DNA of 64,000 bases, from positions 4,199,172 to 4,263,171 of the forward strand of contig OY970069.1 of assembly GCA_963705325.1 (NCBI GenBank), in the 5' to 3' direction. Both the position numbers and the translations under genes were made by a program. Source of the stretch: an uncultured Alphaproteobacteria bacterium (lineage in GTDB: Bacteria > Pseudomonadota > Alphaproteobacteria > ATCC43930 > CGMCC-115725). The notes under the pieces were generated by a model, which saw only the letters and a program-made list of their open reading frames with translations, was not told the origin of the DNA and did not search any database. Every line of letters begins with the position of its first letter. Position 1 is the stretch's first letter. Positions 55,284 to 64,000 of this stretch are shown piece by piece.

Positions 55284-56898
55284 GTTTGACCCCCTCCGAG
55301 CGAGAGGGCGGAAACGCGACCGTCACCGTCGTCCCAACCCCTTTGAGGCTTTGGATCGTCAGCGTTCCCCCGTGCAGCTCGGTTAGCCCAATCGCCAGCG
55401 GCAACCCCAGCCCAGTCCCGGCGTGCTGACGAATCCAGGGACCCGTAACCTGGCCAAAATGCGCCATCGCTAACTCGACTTCGTGCGGATCCATGCCGAT
55501 CCCGCGATCGGTTACGGTGACCGCTACGCCACCGCCTTCGCTCTTCAGCACGACCTCAACCTCGCCGCCCGGGCGGCTAAATTTAATGGCATTGGTCAAG
55601 AGATTGAGGACGATCTGCTTCACCTTGCGCGGATCCCCGCGCAATCTCGGCACCTCGCCCTCGCGGCGGACGACGACGCGTACCTCGGCGGCCCGCGCCT
55701 TGCCCTCGACGAGGTGAATCAAGTCTGCGACCGCCTTCGGCGCATCGATCACCTCTTCGACCAGATCGAGCTTACCGGTCTCCAGCCTGGAGACATCGAG
55801 GATGTCGTTGATGATGCCGAGCAGGTGCTCGGCGCTGCCGAGAATGTCGCGGGCGTAGCCGACGTAGCGCTGCGTCGCGATCGGGCCCAGCATTTCGCCT
55901 GCCATGACCTGCGAGAACCCAATGATCGCGTTCAGCGGCGTGCGCAGCTCGTGGCTCATATTGGCGAGGAATTCGGTCTTGCTCCGATTGGCGATCTCGG
56001 CCTGCTCCTTCACCGCGAATAGGTCGAGCTCGGCGCGCTTGCGCGCGGTGATGTCAATCGAGATGGTGACGACCATCGCATCGTCGCCGTCGCTGCCACG
56101 GTAAACCGCCTTGGTGGTCAGCAAGTCGCAGCGCTTGCCTTCACGGTCGATGATCCGTTCCTCGAAGGAGGCCGGCGCATCGTCGCCTGCAAGCATCCGG
56201 TGATCGAGGTCGTTGAGGCTGCGGGCCAGCGGGTCGTCATGCACCTCCAGCGGCTGCCGGCCGATCAGCCGGCCGGCGCGCATCCCGACAAACTCCGCGA
56301 AACGCTGATTGCAGAATATGTAGCGTCCGTCGCGGTCGGTCGCGCAGACCAGGGCTGGCACCGCGTCCATCACCCGCAGGAGTCGCTCATGCGCCCGGCT
56401 CAAATTTCCCACTTCGCTTGGCGCCGGCAGCGGTACCGGCGGCATTGCCTGGAGTGGCGCGATGACGGGACTCTTCGCCTGTTCGTAGCTATGCAGCCGC
56501 AACAGATTGCCGGCCCGCGCATGGAATTCCCGGTGATCCACGGGGCTGAGAAGGTAGTCCGCCGCGCCCGCGGCGAGCGCCCGGCCGATGCATTCACGCT
56601 CCTCGAAACCAGCGACGACGATCGCCGGCACATCCGAGCAACCTGGGTCGCTGTGCAGCCGAGCGATAAATCCGGCGGCATCGAGTTCCGTCATTTCGCC
56701 CGCGACGATGACCAGATCCGGCCTATCGCGGGCACAGGCTCCGAGCGCCGCGCCGGGATCGGCGAATGCCTGGACAACCACCGTCTCGCCGAGCATCGAC
56801 GCCAGCCGGGCAAGAATTTTAAGATTGGTGGCGCTGTTATCGACAACGACCACCCGCAGAGAAGCCAACGCGCGCCTTTCTCGAGGGCGAACAACCAT
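55252..56898 (-). CDS. cytoplasmic receiver-PAS-histidine kinase
   Basis: N-terminal REC (VVVVDNS...), PAS (VCATDRDGRYIFCNQRF), HisKA (FLANMSHELRTPLNAIIGF), and a full HATPase (NLLTNAIKF, DRGIGM, GTGLGL). Confidence 0.9.
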   Translation of the reverse strand: MVVRPRERRALASLRVVVVDNSATNLKILARLASMLGETVVVQAFADPGAALGACARDRPDLVIVAGEMTELDAAGFIARLHSDPGCSDVPAIVVAGFEERECIGRALAAGAADYLLSPVDHREFHARAGNLLRLHSYEQAKSPVIAPLQAMPPVPLPAPSEVGNLSRAHERLLRVMDAVPALVCATDRDGRYIFCNQRFAEFVGMRAGRLIGRQPLEVHDDPLARSLNDLDHRMLAGDDAPASFEERIIDREGKRCDLLTTKAVYRGSDGDDAMVVTISIDITARKRAELDLFAVKEQAEIANRSKTEFLANMSHELRTPLNAIIGFSQVMAGEMLGPIATQRYVGYARDILGSAEHLLGIINDILDVSRLETGKLDLVEEVIDAPKAVADLIHLVEGKARAAEVRVVVRREGEVPRLRGDPRKVKQIVLNLLTNAIKFSRPGGEVEVVLKSEGGGVAVTVTDRGIGMDPHEVELAMAHFGQVTGPWIRQHAGTGLGLPLAIGLTELHGGTLTIQSLKGVGTTVTVAFPPSRSEGVKRAVAEARSAG

Positions 56899-57044
56899 CC
56901 CAATCTATAGGGGGTTACTCACGCGCAAGTTGGGCTCGGCGAACCGACGTGAAAATAGTTTGATTACAATACCTTGACGTTCGTGAGCGTCAGGATGGCT
57001 AACGTTAGTAGCCGGCATCGCCTCGTAGCGATTCGGAAATCCCC

Positions 57045-57977
57045 CTAAAGGCGATAGAAGGCTGCCGCGTTCTTCCAGAAGAATTTATCGCGATCCTCCG
57101 GAGAGCGATCCGCCAGCATCCGGCTCATCGCCGCCACCAGGGGGCCATATCCGATCTTGAGGCTGGCGACCGGGAAGTTGGTCGCGAACACCGAGCGCTC
57201 GATGCCAAAGATCGCGATCGCGTCGAGTGCAATGCGGCGGTTCTCGTCATAATCCCAGGCTCGATCCTTCAGCCCGAATTCGGATACCTTTACCCAGACA
57301 TTAGGCTCGCGCGCCAACGCCGCCATGCCGCGGCGCCAAGCGGCGAGTCCCTCCTCGCTGCGGTCCCACGGAAAGCCGGTGTGATTGAGGATGATCGAGG
57401 TTTGCGGGAATGCCCGGGCCACTGCCGCCGCTTCCTCAAGATGCCAGAACGGGACCCGCAAATCCCAGGACAACCCGTGTCGTGCGAGCAGCGCGAAGCC
57501 GCGCAGCCACTTGTCGTCCTGCATCGTGCCAGGCGCGCCGGGCGTCATCTTGTCGGGCGAGGCCGCCGTCACCGGCTTAGAGCGGATGCCGCGCACCAGC
57601 GGAAATGCCGCTTGCGCCGCGATTATCTCCTCCGCGTTGGGCGTATCGAACCAGGCGTGCGCGACGATCACGCCCGGCAGGCCGTAGCGATCGTGCAGAG
57701 CGGTGATCCACCGTGTCTCCCCGAGCTGGTCGTCGCGCTCCCACTCGGCCTCGCAATGCACCGTCGTCAAGACGTTGTGCCCGGCGGCGTCGCGCCGGTA
57801 ATCGTCCGGCAGGTAGTCGCGACGGATCGCAGTGTTATCGCCGATGAACGAGGTCGCATGCTGCGACCCCCGGAGGCTGGGGTGCTTGTTCTGGCCAATC
57901 TCCCATAAATGATGGTGCGCGTCGATCAGCGTCACCGCAGCGGGCGAGTCGTTCCAAGCGCCATGGATTGTCTTCAT
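57045..57977 (-). CDS. amidohydrolase 2 family (TIM-barrel metal-dependent hydrolase)
   Basis: IDAHHHLW motif. Start trimmed to the ATG at 57977. Confidence 0.8.
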   Translation of the reverse strand: MKTIHGAWNDSPAAVTLIDAHHHLWEIGQNKHPSLRGSQHATSFIGDNTAIRRDYLPDDYRRDAAGHNVLTTVHCEAEWERDDQLGETRWITALHDRYGLPGVIVAHAWFDTPNAEEIIAAQAAFPLVRGIRSKPVTAASPDKMTPGAPGTMQDDKWLRGFALLARHGLSWDLRVPFWHLEEAAAVARAFPQTSIILNHTGFPWDRSEEGLAAWRRGMAALAREPNVWVKVSEFGLKDRAWDYDENRRIALDAIAIFGIERSVFATNFPVASLKIGYGPLVAAMSRMLADRSPEDRDKFFWKNAAAFYRL

Positions 57978-58033
57978 CGCTGCCGTCGTAGTTCTATTCC
58001 CTTGACAGCGCAACCGCATGGAGGCGCGACTCT

Positions 58034-58555
58034 ATGCATCGCAGACCGAGGACATCGCCGATGAAGATCGCACCGGTCTTTGCGCTGCTGCTGGCGTCGT
58101 TTGCGGCCTACGCCCAAGCGCCGCAAATCACTGCCGCCAACATCACTGAATTCGGCATCTACACGGCCGAACTGGAGCGCGCGGAGTCGGCACCGGGTAC
58201 GGTCGCGGGGACCGATAAAATCGTCACCAAATTGCGGCTCGCCGCACAAACTCGCACCATTCCGGCGGTGAGAGGTGTTTCCTTCGGCTATCGTTTCACC
58301 CTCGTTGGCACTCCCATCGGCGCGATCGCCCCGCTCCACATGGTGACGCTCTTCCCCTCGCCGATGACCAACCCAGCGACTCATCAATCGAGCACGCGCA
58401 GCGAGTCCGATATAGGCCTGAGCATCGGCGCGACGGGCTACGCCGGATACAGCATGGACGACGACTGGGAAGTGCTGCCGGGGACCTGGACGTTTCAGAT
58501 TTGGCACCAGGGGCGTAAGCTCGGAGAGCAGAGCTTTACCGTGCAGAGACAATGA
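58034..58555 (+). CDS. secreted DUF3859-like protein
   Basis: Signal peptide. The family call is from memory only. Confidence 0.5.
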   Translation: MHRRPRTSPMKIAPVFALLLASFAAYAQAPQITAANITEFGIYTAELERAESAPGTVAGTDKIVTKLRLAAQTRTIPAVRGVSFGYRFTLVGTPIGAIAPLHMVTLFPSPMTNPATHQSSTRSESDIGLSIGATGYAGYSMDDDWEVLPGTWTFQIWHQGRKLGEQSFTVQRQ

Positions 58556-59346
58556 GCGCCACCTACGAAACGATCCGCGTCGACGATCAGGGTGGCGGTC
58601 TCACCCTCGTCACCCTCAACCGGCCCGATGTCGCCAACGCGATGAACACGCAGATGGGCCGCGATATCCTGGCGTTTTTCGACAGCGTCAACGCCGACCC
58701 GCTGGCCCATCGCTGCATCGTGCTGACCGGTGCCGGAAACGGAGCGTTCTGCGCTGGCGGCGATCTCAAAGAGCGCCAGGGGATGTCGGACGAGACCTGG
58801 CAGGCCCAGCATCTCCTGTTCGAGCGGATGATCCGCGCCTTTATTGGCTGTCCAGTGCCGGTAATCGGGGCGATCAACGGGGCCGCCTATGCCGGCGGCT
58901 GCGAGCTGGCACTGTGCTGCGATTTCATTTACGCGGCCGAGGCCGCCCGCTTCGCGCTGACCGAGGTGTCGCTCGGCATCATGCCCGGGGCCGGCGGCAC
59001 CCAGAACCTGCCGCGCGCTGTCGGCGAGCGCCGCGCCAAGGAGATCATCCTCACCGGACGGCCCTTCTCGGCCAAGGACGCCTATGACTGGGGCATGGTC
59101 AACCGGCTCTGTGCGCCCGGCAAAGTGCTTGAGGAGACGTTGGAAACCGCTCGCCGCATCGCCGACAACGCCCCCATTTCGGTGCGCCAGGCCAAGCATT
59201 CGATCCATTACGGGCTGCAGGTCGACCTCGCTTCCGGCATGATGCTAGAGATTGAGGCCTACAACCGCATGGTCCCGACCGACGATCGACGCGAGGGCAT
59301 CGCCAGCTTCAATGAGAAGCGCAAACCGGTATTCAAGGGACGCTAA
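58552..59346 (+). CDS. enoyl-CoA hydratase/isomerase family protein
   Basis: Crotonase fold ([19 protein letters not shown]); 264 aa. Confidence 0.9.
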   Translation: MSATYETIRVDDQGGGLTLVTLNRPDVANAMNTQMGRDILAFFDSVNADPLAHRCIVLTGAGNGAFCAGGDLKERQGMSDETWQAQHLLFERMIRAFIGCPVPVIGAINGAAYAGGCELALCCDFIYAAEAARFALTEVSLGIMPGAGGTQNLPRAVGERRAKEIILTGRPFSAKDAYDWGMVNRLCAPGKVLEETLETARRIADNAPISVRQAKHSIHYGLQVDLASGMMLEIEAYNRMVPTDDRREGIASFNEKRKPVFKGR

Positions 59347-59356
59347 GGAGAACGAC

Positions 59357-60721
59357 ATGGACGGCTTAGTGGTATCAAGCGGCGCGAACCTCACCCGCAC
59401 GCTGGCTGAGCGCGCTTGCGCCGTCACTTATGACGCGCTCCCAGAGTCAGTCCGGGAACTCGCGAGGCAATGCGTCCTCGATTATTTCGCCGTCGGGCTC
59501 GCCGGCGCGGATGACGAGCTCGTGCGTATCCTTCTCGACGAGCTCAGCGAGGCCGGCGGAAACCAGCAGGCCGGCGTCATTGGCCACGCGGCGCGGCTGC
59601 CGGTGCTGTCGGCGGCATTGGTCAACGGTGCCATCGCCCATGCGCTCGATTACGACGACGTGCATCTGGCGATGCCCGGCCACCCCTCGGTCGCGATCCT
59701 GCCAGCGCTGTTGGCTCTCGCCGAAGAAAGGAAGGTTTCCGGCAAGCAGGTCATCGCCGCCTTTATCGCCGGCTACGAGACATGCTGCCGGGTCGGCATG
59801 TCGATCCGCCCGGGCCACTATACGCGTGGCTTCCATGCAACCGGCACGGTCGGCGCGTTCGGCGCCGCGGCGGCCTGCGCGTATCTGTTCGGGCTCGACG
59901 CCGAGGCCACCGGCCGCGCGCTCGGCATCGCCGGGACGCAGTCGGCCGGGCTCAAGTCGCAGTTCGGTACGATGTGCAAGCCGTTCCATGCCGGCAAGGC
60001 GGCGCAGAACGGGCTGCTTGCGGCCCGTCTCGCCGCGCGCGGGTTTTCCAGCCGGCCCGACTTGATCGAATGCGAGCAAGGGTTCGCCGCCACCCATGCG
60101 CCCGATTTCTTCCCCGAAAAGGCGCTGGCCGAACCGAAACAGGGTTTCCACATCTATGGGAACCTCTTCAAGTACCACGCCGCCTGCTATATGACCCACG
60201 CGCCGATCGAATGCGGCCGCCAACTGCGCGAACAACTCGGCGCGGCGCCCGCGGACATTGCAGCTATCAATCTGATCCTGCATCAGGCGACTGATCGCGT
60301 GTGCAATATCCCGGCCCCGACCGACGGGCTGCAGGCCAAATTCAGCTTGAGGCAGACCGTTGCAATGGCGCTCGCCGGGGTCGATACCGCAAGTCTTGGT
60401 TCTTACAGCGTCAAGACCGCCACCGATCCGGCGCTGATGGCATTGCGCGAGCGGGTCAATTTCGATTTCCGCGACGATTTTCCCGAAGCGGGCGCCGAAA
60501 TCGAGATTGAGCTGAAAGACGGCCGCAAGGCATCGGCCAAATTCGATGCCGGCATCCCCAACGGCGACATCGCCGCCCAGGGCCGGCGTCTCGCCGAGAA
60601 ATTCGACGCGCTGGCCGCGCCAGTCGTCGGCACCGCCCGGGCGCGCGAATTGCGCGAGGCGATCGCGGGGCTCGACAACCTTGCGGACGCCGGCGTTTTG
60701 GCAAAGCTGGCGGCCAAGTAA
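59357..60721 (+). CDS. MmgE/PrpD family protein
   Basis: 454 aa from the ATG at 59357, with an AAGGAG SD upstream. Typical PrpD-family motifs (DYDD, FHATG, KPFHAGKAAQNG). Confidence 0.9.
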   Translation: MDGLVVSSGANLTRTLAERACAVTYDALPESVRELARQCVLDYFAVGLAGADDELVRILLDELSEAGGNQQAGVIGHAARLPVLSAALVNGAIAHALDYDDVHLAMPGHPSVAILPALLALAEERKVSGKQVIAAFIAGYETCCRVGMSIRPGHYTRGFHATGTVGAFGAAAACAYLFGLDAEATGRALGIAGTQSAGLKSQFGTMCKPFHAGKAAQNGLLAARLAARGFSSRPDLIECEQGFAATHAPDFFPEKALAEPKQGFHIYGNLFKYHAACYMTHAPIECGRQLREQLGAAPADIAAINLILHQATDRVCNIPAPTDGLQAKFSLRQTVAMALAGVDTASLGSYSVKTATDPALMALRERVNFDFRDDFPEAGAEIEIELKDGRKASAKFDAGIPNGDIAAQGRRLAEKFDALAAPVVGTARARELREAIAGLDNLADAGVLAKLAAK

Positions 60722-60789
60722 GATAGCCGATCACCTTCCGTGCCCTACCGGCGAAAGCTGGTGCCGATGGCGGCAAATGGACCCCGGCC

Positions 60790-61013
60790 TTCGCCGGGGT
60801 GGCGCGTGGAGCTGGCGATGCAGATGGGGTTCGCCGCGCGCGATGCGGTCGCCGCGATAGAGCTCGCGCGGAGCGGGATGCCCGGCCCGGCCATTGTCAC
60901 GAGAAGCCGCCTCGACCAAATTCGTCGCCCAGGGCGCCCCGCGTGCCCTGTGGGACACAGTGATGGCGCTCGACGGTGCAAACGACCCTTATTCGGTAGT
61001 TTCCCTATTGTAA
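60790..61013 (+). pseudogene. possible remnant of a second MmgE/PrpD-family gene
   Basis: One frame reads ELAMQMGFAARDAVAAIELARSGMPGP, compared with KPFHAGKAAQNGLLAARLAARGF in the intact neighbour. A second frame reads KFVAQGAPRALWDTVMALDGANDPYSVVSLL-stop, compared with EKFDALAAPVVG...AIAGLDNLADAGVLAKLAAK-stop. Confidence 0.3.
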
Positions 61014-61081
61014 GAAGCGGCTAGGAGTGCTTAGGGTGCAAAACTCTGGGTAGATGCACCCCCGCTGGCAGGAAGACGATC

Positions 61082-61606
61082 ATGATCAAGAGCCGGGCCC
61101 TCGCGACTGTCGCGTTCTCATTCGTCACACTCATTCTGGCGGCCTGTTCATCGCCACCGCCCCCGCCGCCGCCGGCTCCCCCGCCGGCTCCGCCGCCCAT
61201 CACCGGGCCGCAGACAATGTCGGAGCGAACGCTCCTGACGATGGCAACCGATCTGGCCTTTCCGTCAGGAGGCTACACGCTGACCAGAGCGGGCAGAGCT
61301 AAGCTTGATAGCCTGCTTCCAGCCCTGAGCGGTCTTGGGCCGAATGACAAGATCGTTGTCTACGGCTACACCGACGATCGACCAGTGGGTAAGGCGCTGA
61401 AGAAGCGAGGCGTCATCGACAACCTCGACCTGTCGTCACGGCGGGCCGACGCGGTCGTTCGCTACCTGACCTCGAAGGGTGTCAATCCGGGCGTGATCTC
61501 GGCTAAGGGCCGCGGCGAAACGCATCCTGCCGCCCCGAACACCACTCCCGCTGGCCGCGCCCAAAACCGCCGCATCGAGGTGGTCGTCGAGCAGCCCGCC
61601 GGCTAA
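61082..61606 (+). CDS. OmpA-family peptidoglycan-binding lipoprotein
   Basis: Lipobox LILAAC and a PPPPPPPAPPPAPPP linker. OmpA_C motifs are present (GYTDD, NLDLSSRRADAV, NRRIEV). Confidence 0.85.
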   Translation: MIKSRALATVAFSFVTLILAACSSPPPPPPPAPPPAPPPITGPQTMSERTLLTMATDLAFPSGGYTLTRAGRAKLDSLLPALSGLGPNDKIVVYGYTDDRPVGKALKKRGVIDNLDLSSRRADAVVRYLTSKGVNPGVISAKGRGETHPAAPNTTPAGRAQNRRIEVVVEQPAG

Positions 61607-61619
61607 GTTCAGAGCGATT

Positions 61620-61648
61620 GCGGGCGCGGCTTGACCGCCGCGCCCGCC
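61620..61648. terminator. GC-rich hairpin between convergent genes
   Basis: GCGGGCGCGG-cttgaccg-CCGCGCCCGC with no U-run. Confidence 0.4.
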
Positions 61649-61653
61649 TGCTC

Positions 61654-62850
61654 TTAGTAGGAGCGCGGCATTCCCAGCACATGCTGGCCGATATAGGCCA
61701 GGATGAGGTTGGTCGAGATCGGCGCCGTTTGGTAGAGCCGGCACTCGCGCCATTTTCGCTCGATGTCGTACTCGCGCGCATAGGCAAAGCCGCCATGGGT
61801 TTGCATCGTCGCCTCGGCGGCATGCCAAGTCGCTTCGCTAGCGAGCAGCTTCGCCATATTGGCATCAGCCCCGCACTCCCTGCCCGCATCGAATAAAGCA
61901 GCAGCGCGGCGGCAAATCATGTCAGCCGCCTCGAGCTCGGCCCAGGCGCGCGCCAACGGAAACTGCACCCCCTGATTCTGGCCGATCGGCCGATCGAACA
62001 CGACCCTCTCGTTGGCGTATTCGATGCCCTTGTTGAGCAGCCAGCGGCCGTCGCCGATGCATTCTTGCGCCACCAGAATGCGCTCGGCGTTCATTCCGTC
62101 GAGGATGTAGCGGAAGCCTTTGCCTTCCTCGCCGACCAAGCTATCGGCCGGGATTTTCAGATTGTCGAAAAACACCTCGGTGGTGTTGTGATTGATCATC
62201 GCGTCGATCGGACGAATTTCCAGTCCTTTGCCCAGGCACTCGCGCAGATCGATGAGAAACACCGAGAGGCCATCGGTGCGGCGTTTGACCTCATCGACGG
62301 GTGTCGTGCGCGCCAGGAGAAGCATCAGGTCCGAGTGACGTGCGCGCGAAGTCCACACCTTCTGGCCGTTGACGATGTAGCCGGTATTGCCGTCGCGCAC
62401 GGCACGGGTCTTGAGCTTGGTGGTGTCGGACCCGGTCGTCGGCTCGGTGACGCCGAAGGCCTGAAGCCGTAGTTCGCCGGTAGCGATCATCGGCAGGTAC
62501 TTCTTCTTCTGCTCGGCGCTGCCGTGCCGCAACACCGTGCCCATGATGTACATCTGGGCGTGGCCCTGACTGGCGGTGCAGCCGGAGGCGTTAATCTCCT
62601 CGAGGATCACTGCCGCCGCGCGTAGCGGCAGGCCGGAGCCGCCATACTCCTCGGGAATCAGCGAGGCAAGGAACCCGCCGCGGGTCAGTTCCTCGATGAA
62701 CTCGGTCGGATAGGCCTGCTCGTCCTCGAGCTTGCGCCAATAGGCTCCTGGGTAACCCTCGCAAATCTTGCGGATCAACTCGCGCAGCTCGGGATAGTCC
62801 TCGCCAAGGGCAAGCATGACGGGTTCGTCGGATTGGTCGCCATCGCGCAT
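61654..62850 (-). CDS. acyl-CoA dehydrogenase family protein
   Basis: 398 aa from the ATG at 62850 (SD AAGGAGG). ACAD motifs are present, with a typical C-terminus. Confidence 0.9.
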   Translation of the reverse strand: MRDGDQSDEPVMLALGEDYPELRELIRKICEGYPGAYWRKLEDEQAYPTEFIEELTRGGFLASLIPEEYGGSGLPLRAAAVILEEINASGCTASQGHAQMYIMGTVLRHGSAEQKKKYLPMIATGELRLQAFGVTEPTTGSDTTKLKTRAVRDGNTGYIVNGQKVWTSRARHSDLMLLLARTTPVDEVKRRTDGLSVFLIDLRECLGKGLEIRPIDAMINHNTTEVFFDNLKIPADSLVGEEGKGFRYILDGMNAERILVAQECIGDGRWLLNKGIEYANERVVFDRPIGQNQGVQFPLARAWAELEAADMICRRAAALFDAGRECGADANMAKLLASEATWHAAEATMQTHGGFAYAREYDIERKWRECRLYQTAPISTNLILAYIGQHVLGMPRSY

Positions 62851-62933
62851 CGGGACCTCCTTTGCTGGCAGCTGTTGCACATCATCGACATAGGCCGAGC
62901 TGCCGGCAAGCCGCGGCGAGGCTTTAGTCCGTC

Positions 62934-64000
62934 TCAGGGATCGAGTGAGACGACGCCGGAAAGGCCTTTGACGAGCCGCGCGGCCCATTCTCGATTGGCC
63001 AGGGCGGTTGGATGCCCGTCGCCAGGTATGAATAAGTCCTGGCCGGGAAAAGCTGAAGGGTCAAGCTCGGCGTCGATTACGATCAGCCCGGCCGCGCGCA
63101 AGCGCGCTATGATTTCGTCATCCGTGGAGCCAGCATTTTGCGCATAAGCGGGCCCCGGCACGTACAAAAGCGCCGTGGGCACCCCGTACTTCTCGCGCCC
63201 AACCTGCCCGATACGGGTCAGGATCGCGATATACCTGTCAAGCTTTTGTTGCGGCGTGCGCTCGTCGAGTTTCAGTTCGATGATGTCATATAGCGAGGTG
63301 ACCTCGAACAGCAGGCGGAGCGGCAAACTCCACCGATCCGCGCAGGTTCCCGCGAACGTCACCTTTCCATCGGTCACCTCATAGGCGGGGCCACGTAGGG
63401 AGTACCCCCTTACGCAAGCAGCCTGCTCGGCGAGTTCGGGCGATACGACAAACACGAGAGCGCGAAGTTTGGTCAGCACATCGTCATGTAGGCCAGTCTC
63501 CAGGATACGCAGAAAGTGCTGCGCTCCGTACGCGGAAAAGGCGAGATTGACGACATGGAGCCGGCGTCCGATGGCGTCTGCGAATGCCTGCGGTAGCGTC
63601 GCCGAATCCGGCAATCCTGTGCCGAAGACGTTCGACCCGCCGCCGATCGCGATGGTTGGGGCGTCCGTTGCCGACTCGACCTTACGCGTCAGATGCTCGT
63701 CGATCGTATAATCGGTATCGAGGATGACGCGCCCGGTTTTCGCGTCAACCTTGTGATGGTGATAAACTCCGGGGTGCGCCGGTCCCCAGCCAAGCACCGG
63801 ATTGTACACCGAATAACCAGGCGTATTGGTGTCGATCGCGGTGCGGTAATGCTCAACGAAGTAGCCCTCGACCGCAGCCAGCGCCAGCGCCAGCGAGGCG
63901 GCCACAGCGGCGGCGTCGCGAAACCGGCCGCGGGTCATAACCGCCACATAAGCGAGGAAGAAGAATGCGAGAACAAGCCATTGGAAACGCGTCCAATATG
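62934..64000 (-). CDS. membrane-anchored SGNH-like hypothetical protein, probably 5-prime incomplete
   Basis: The frame stays open upstream of 63947 to the window edge (YWTRFQWLVLAFFFLAYVAVMTRG... is a TM segment). There is a weak GDSL-like IGGGSNVFG block. Confidence 0.45.
   Translation of the reverse strand, partial: YWTRFQWLVLAFFFLAYVAVMTRGRFRDAAAVAASLALALAAVEGYFVEHYRTAIDTNTPGYSVYNPVLGWGPAHPGVYHHHKVDAKTGRVILDTDYTIDEHLTRKVESATDAPTIAIGGGSNVFGTGLPDSATLPQAFADAIGRRLHVVNLAFSAYGAQHFLRILETGLHDDVLTKLRALVFVVSPELAEQAACVRGYSLRGPAYEVTDGKVTFAGTCADRWSLPLRLLFEVTSLYDIIELKLDERTPQQKLDRYIAILTRIGQVGREKYGVPTALLYVPGPAYAQNAGSTDDEIIARLRAAGLIVIDAELDPSAFPGQDLFIPGDGHPTALANREWAARLVKGLSGVVSLDP

Overview
High-GC (about 65%) chromosomal segment with classic alphaproteobacterial, Hyphomicrobiales-like synteny. 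Almost all of it is core or housekeeping. No tRNA, rRNA, CRISPR array, transposase or integrase was seen.

Gene order:
- Minus strand: lpxI-lpxA-fabZ-lpxD-skp-bamA-rseP-dxr-cdsA-uppS-frr-pyrH-tsf-rpsB.
- A plus-strand 7-blade WD40 gene is inserted next.
- Minus strand again: dnaE-lolD-lolE-proS.
- Class V aminotransferase, rpmE, and a three-gene Hsp20 heat-shock locus with divergent promoters and ROSE-like leaders.
- corA and a urease operon (ggt-like-ureDABC-EFG).
- MBL hydrolase and scoAB plus a BKACE gene plus a degenerate patatin.
- A cytochrome c-prime / dihaem cytochrome c pair, divergent from a membrane-[2Fe-2S]-adenylate cyclase.
- gstB-like GST, hemA (ALAS), amidase, moaA-nadK.
- A dioxygenase/amidohydrolase/deacylase cluster.
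- A REC-PAS-HK gene followed by a membrane pseudo-kinase-HPt gene.
- Amidohydrolase, crotonase, PrpD-family, OmpA-like lipoprotein, acyl-CoA dehydrogenase.

The ORF track takes the most upstream ATG/GTG/TTG, so many 5-prime ends were trimmed by eye. The many long antisense ORFs are GC-rich shadow frames.

Most interesting observations:
1. An uncharacterised haem-like-TM/[2Fe-2S]/class III cyclase next to gas-binding-type cytochromes.
2. A heat-shock control region with two matching promoter motifs, ROSE-like leaders, and a small upstream ORF whose stop codon sits inside the hairpin that sequesters the hsp20 Shine-Dalgarno.
3. A kinase-dead sensor that keeps only its HPt histidine.
4. A highly self-similar WD40 propeller in an envelope-biogenesis neighbourhood.
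5. Signs of gene decay or assembly error: 1-nt frameshifts in dxr and the GST, both at short homopolymers, plus remnants of a purine permease and of a second PrpD-family gene.
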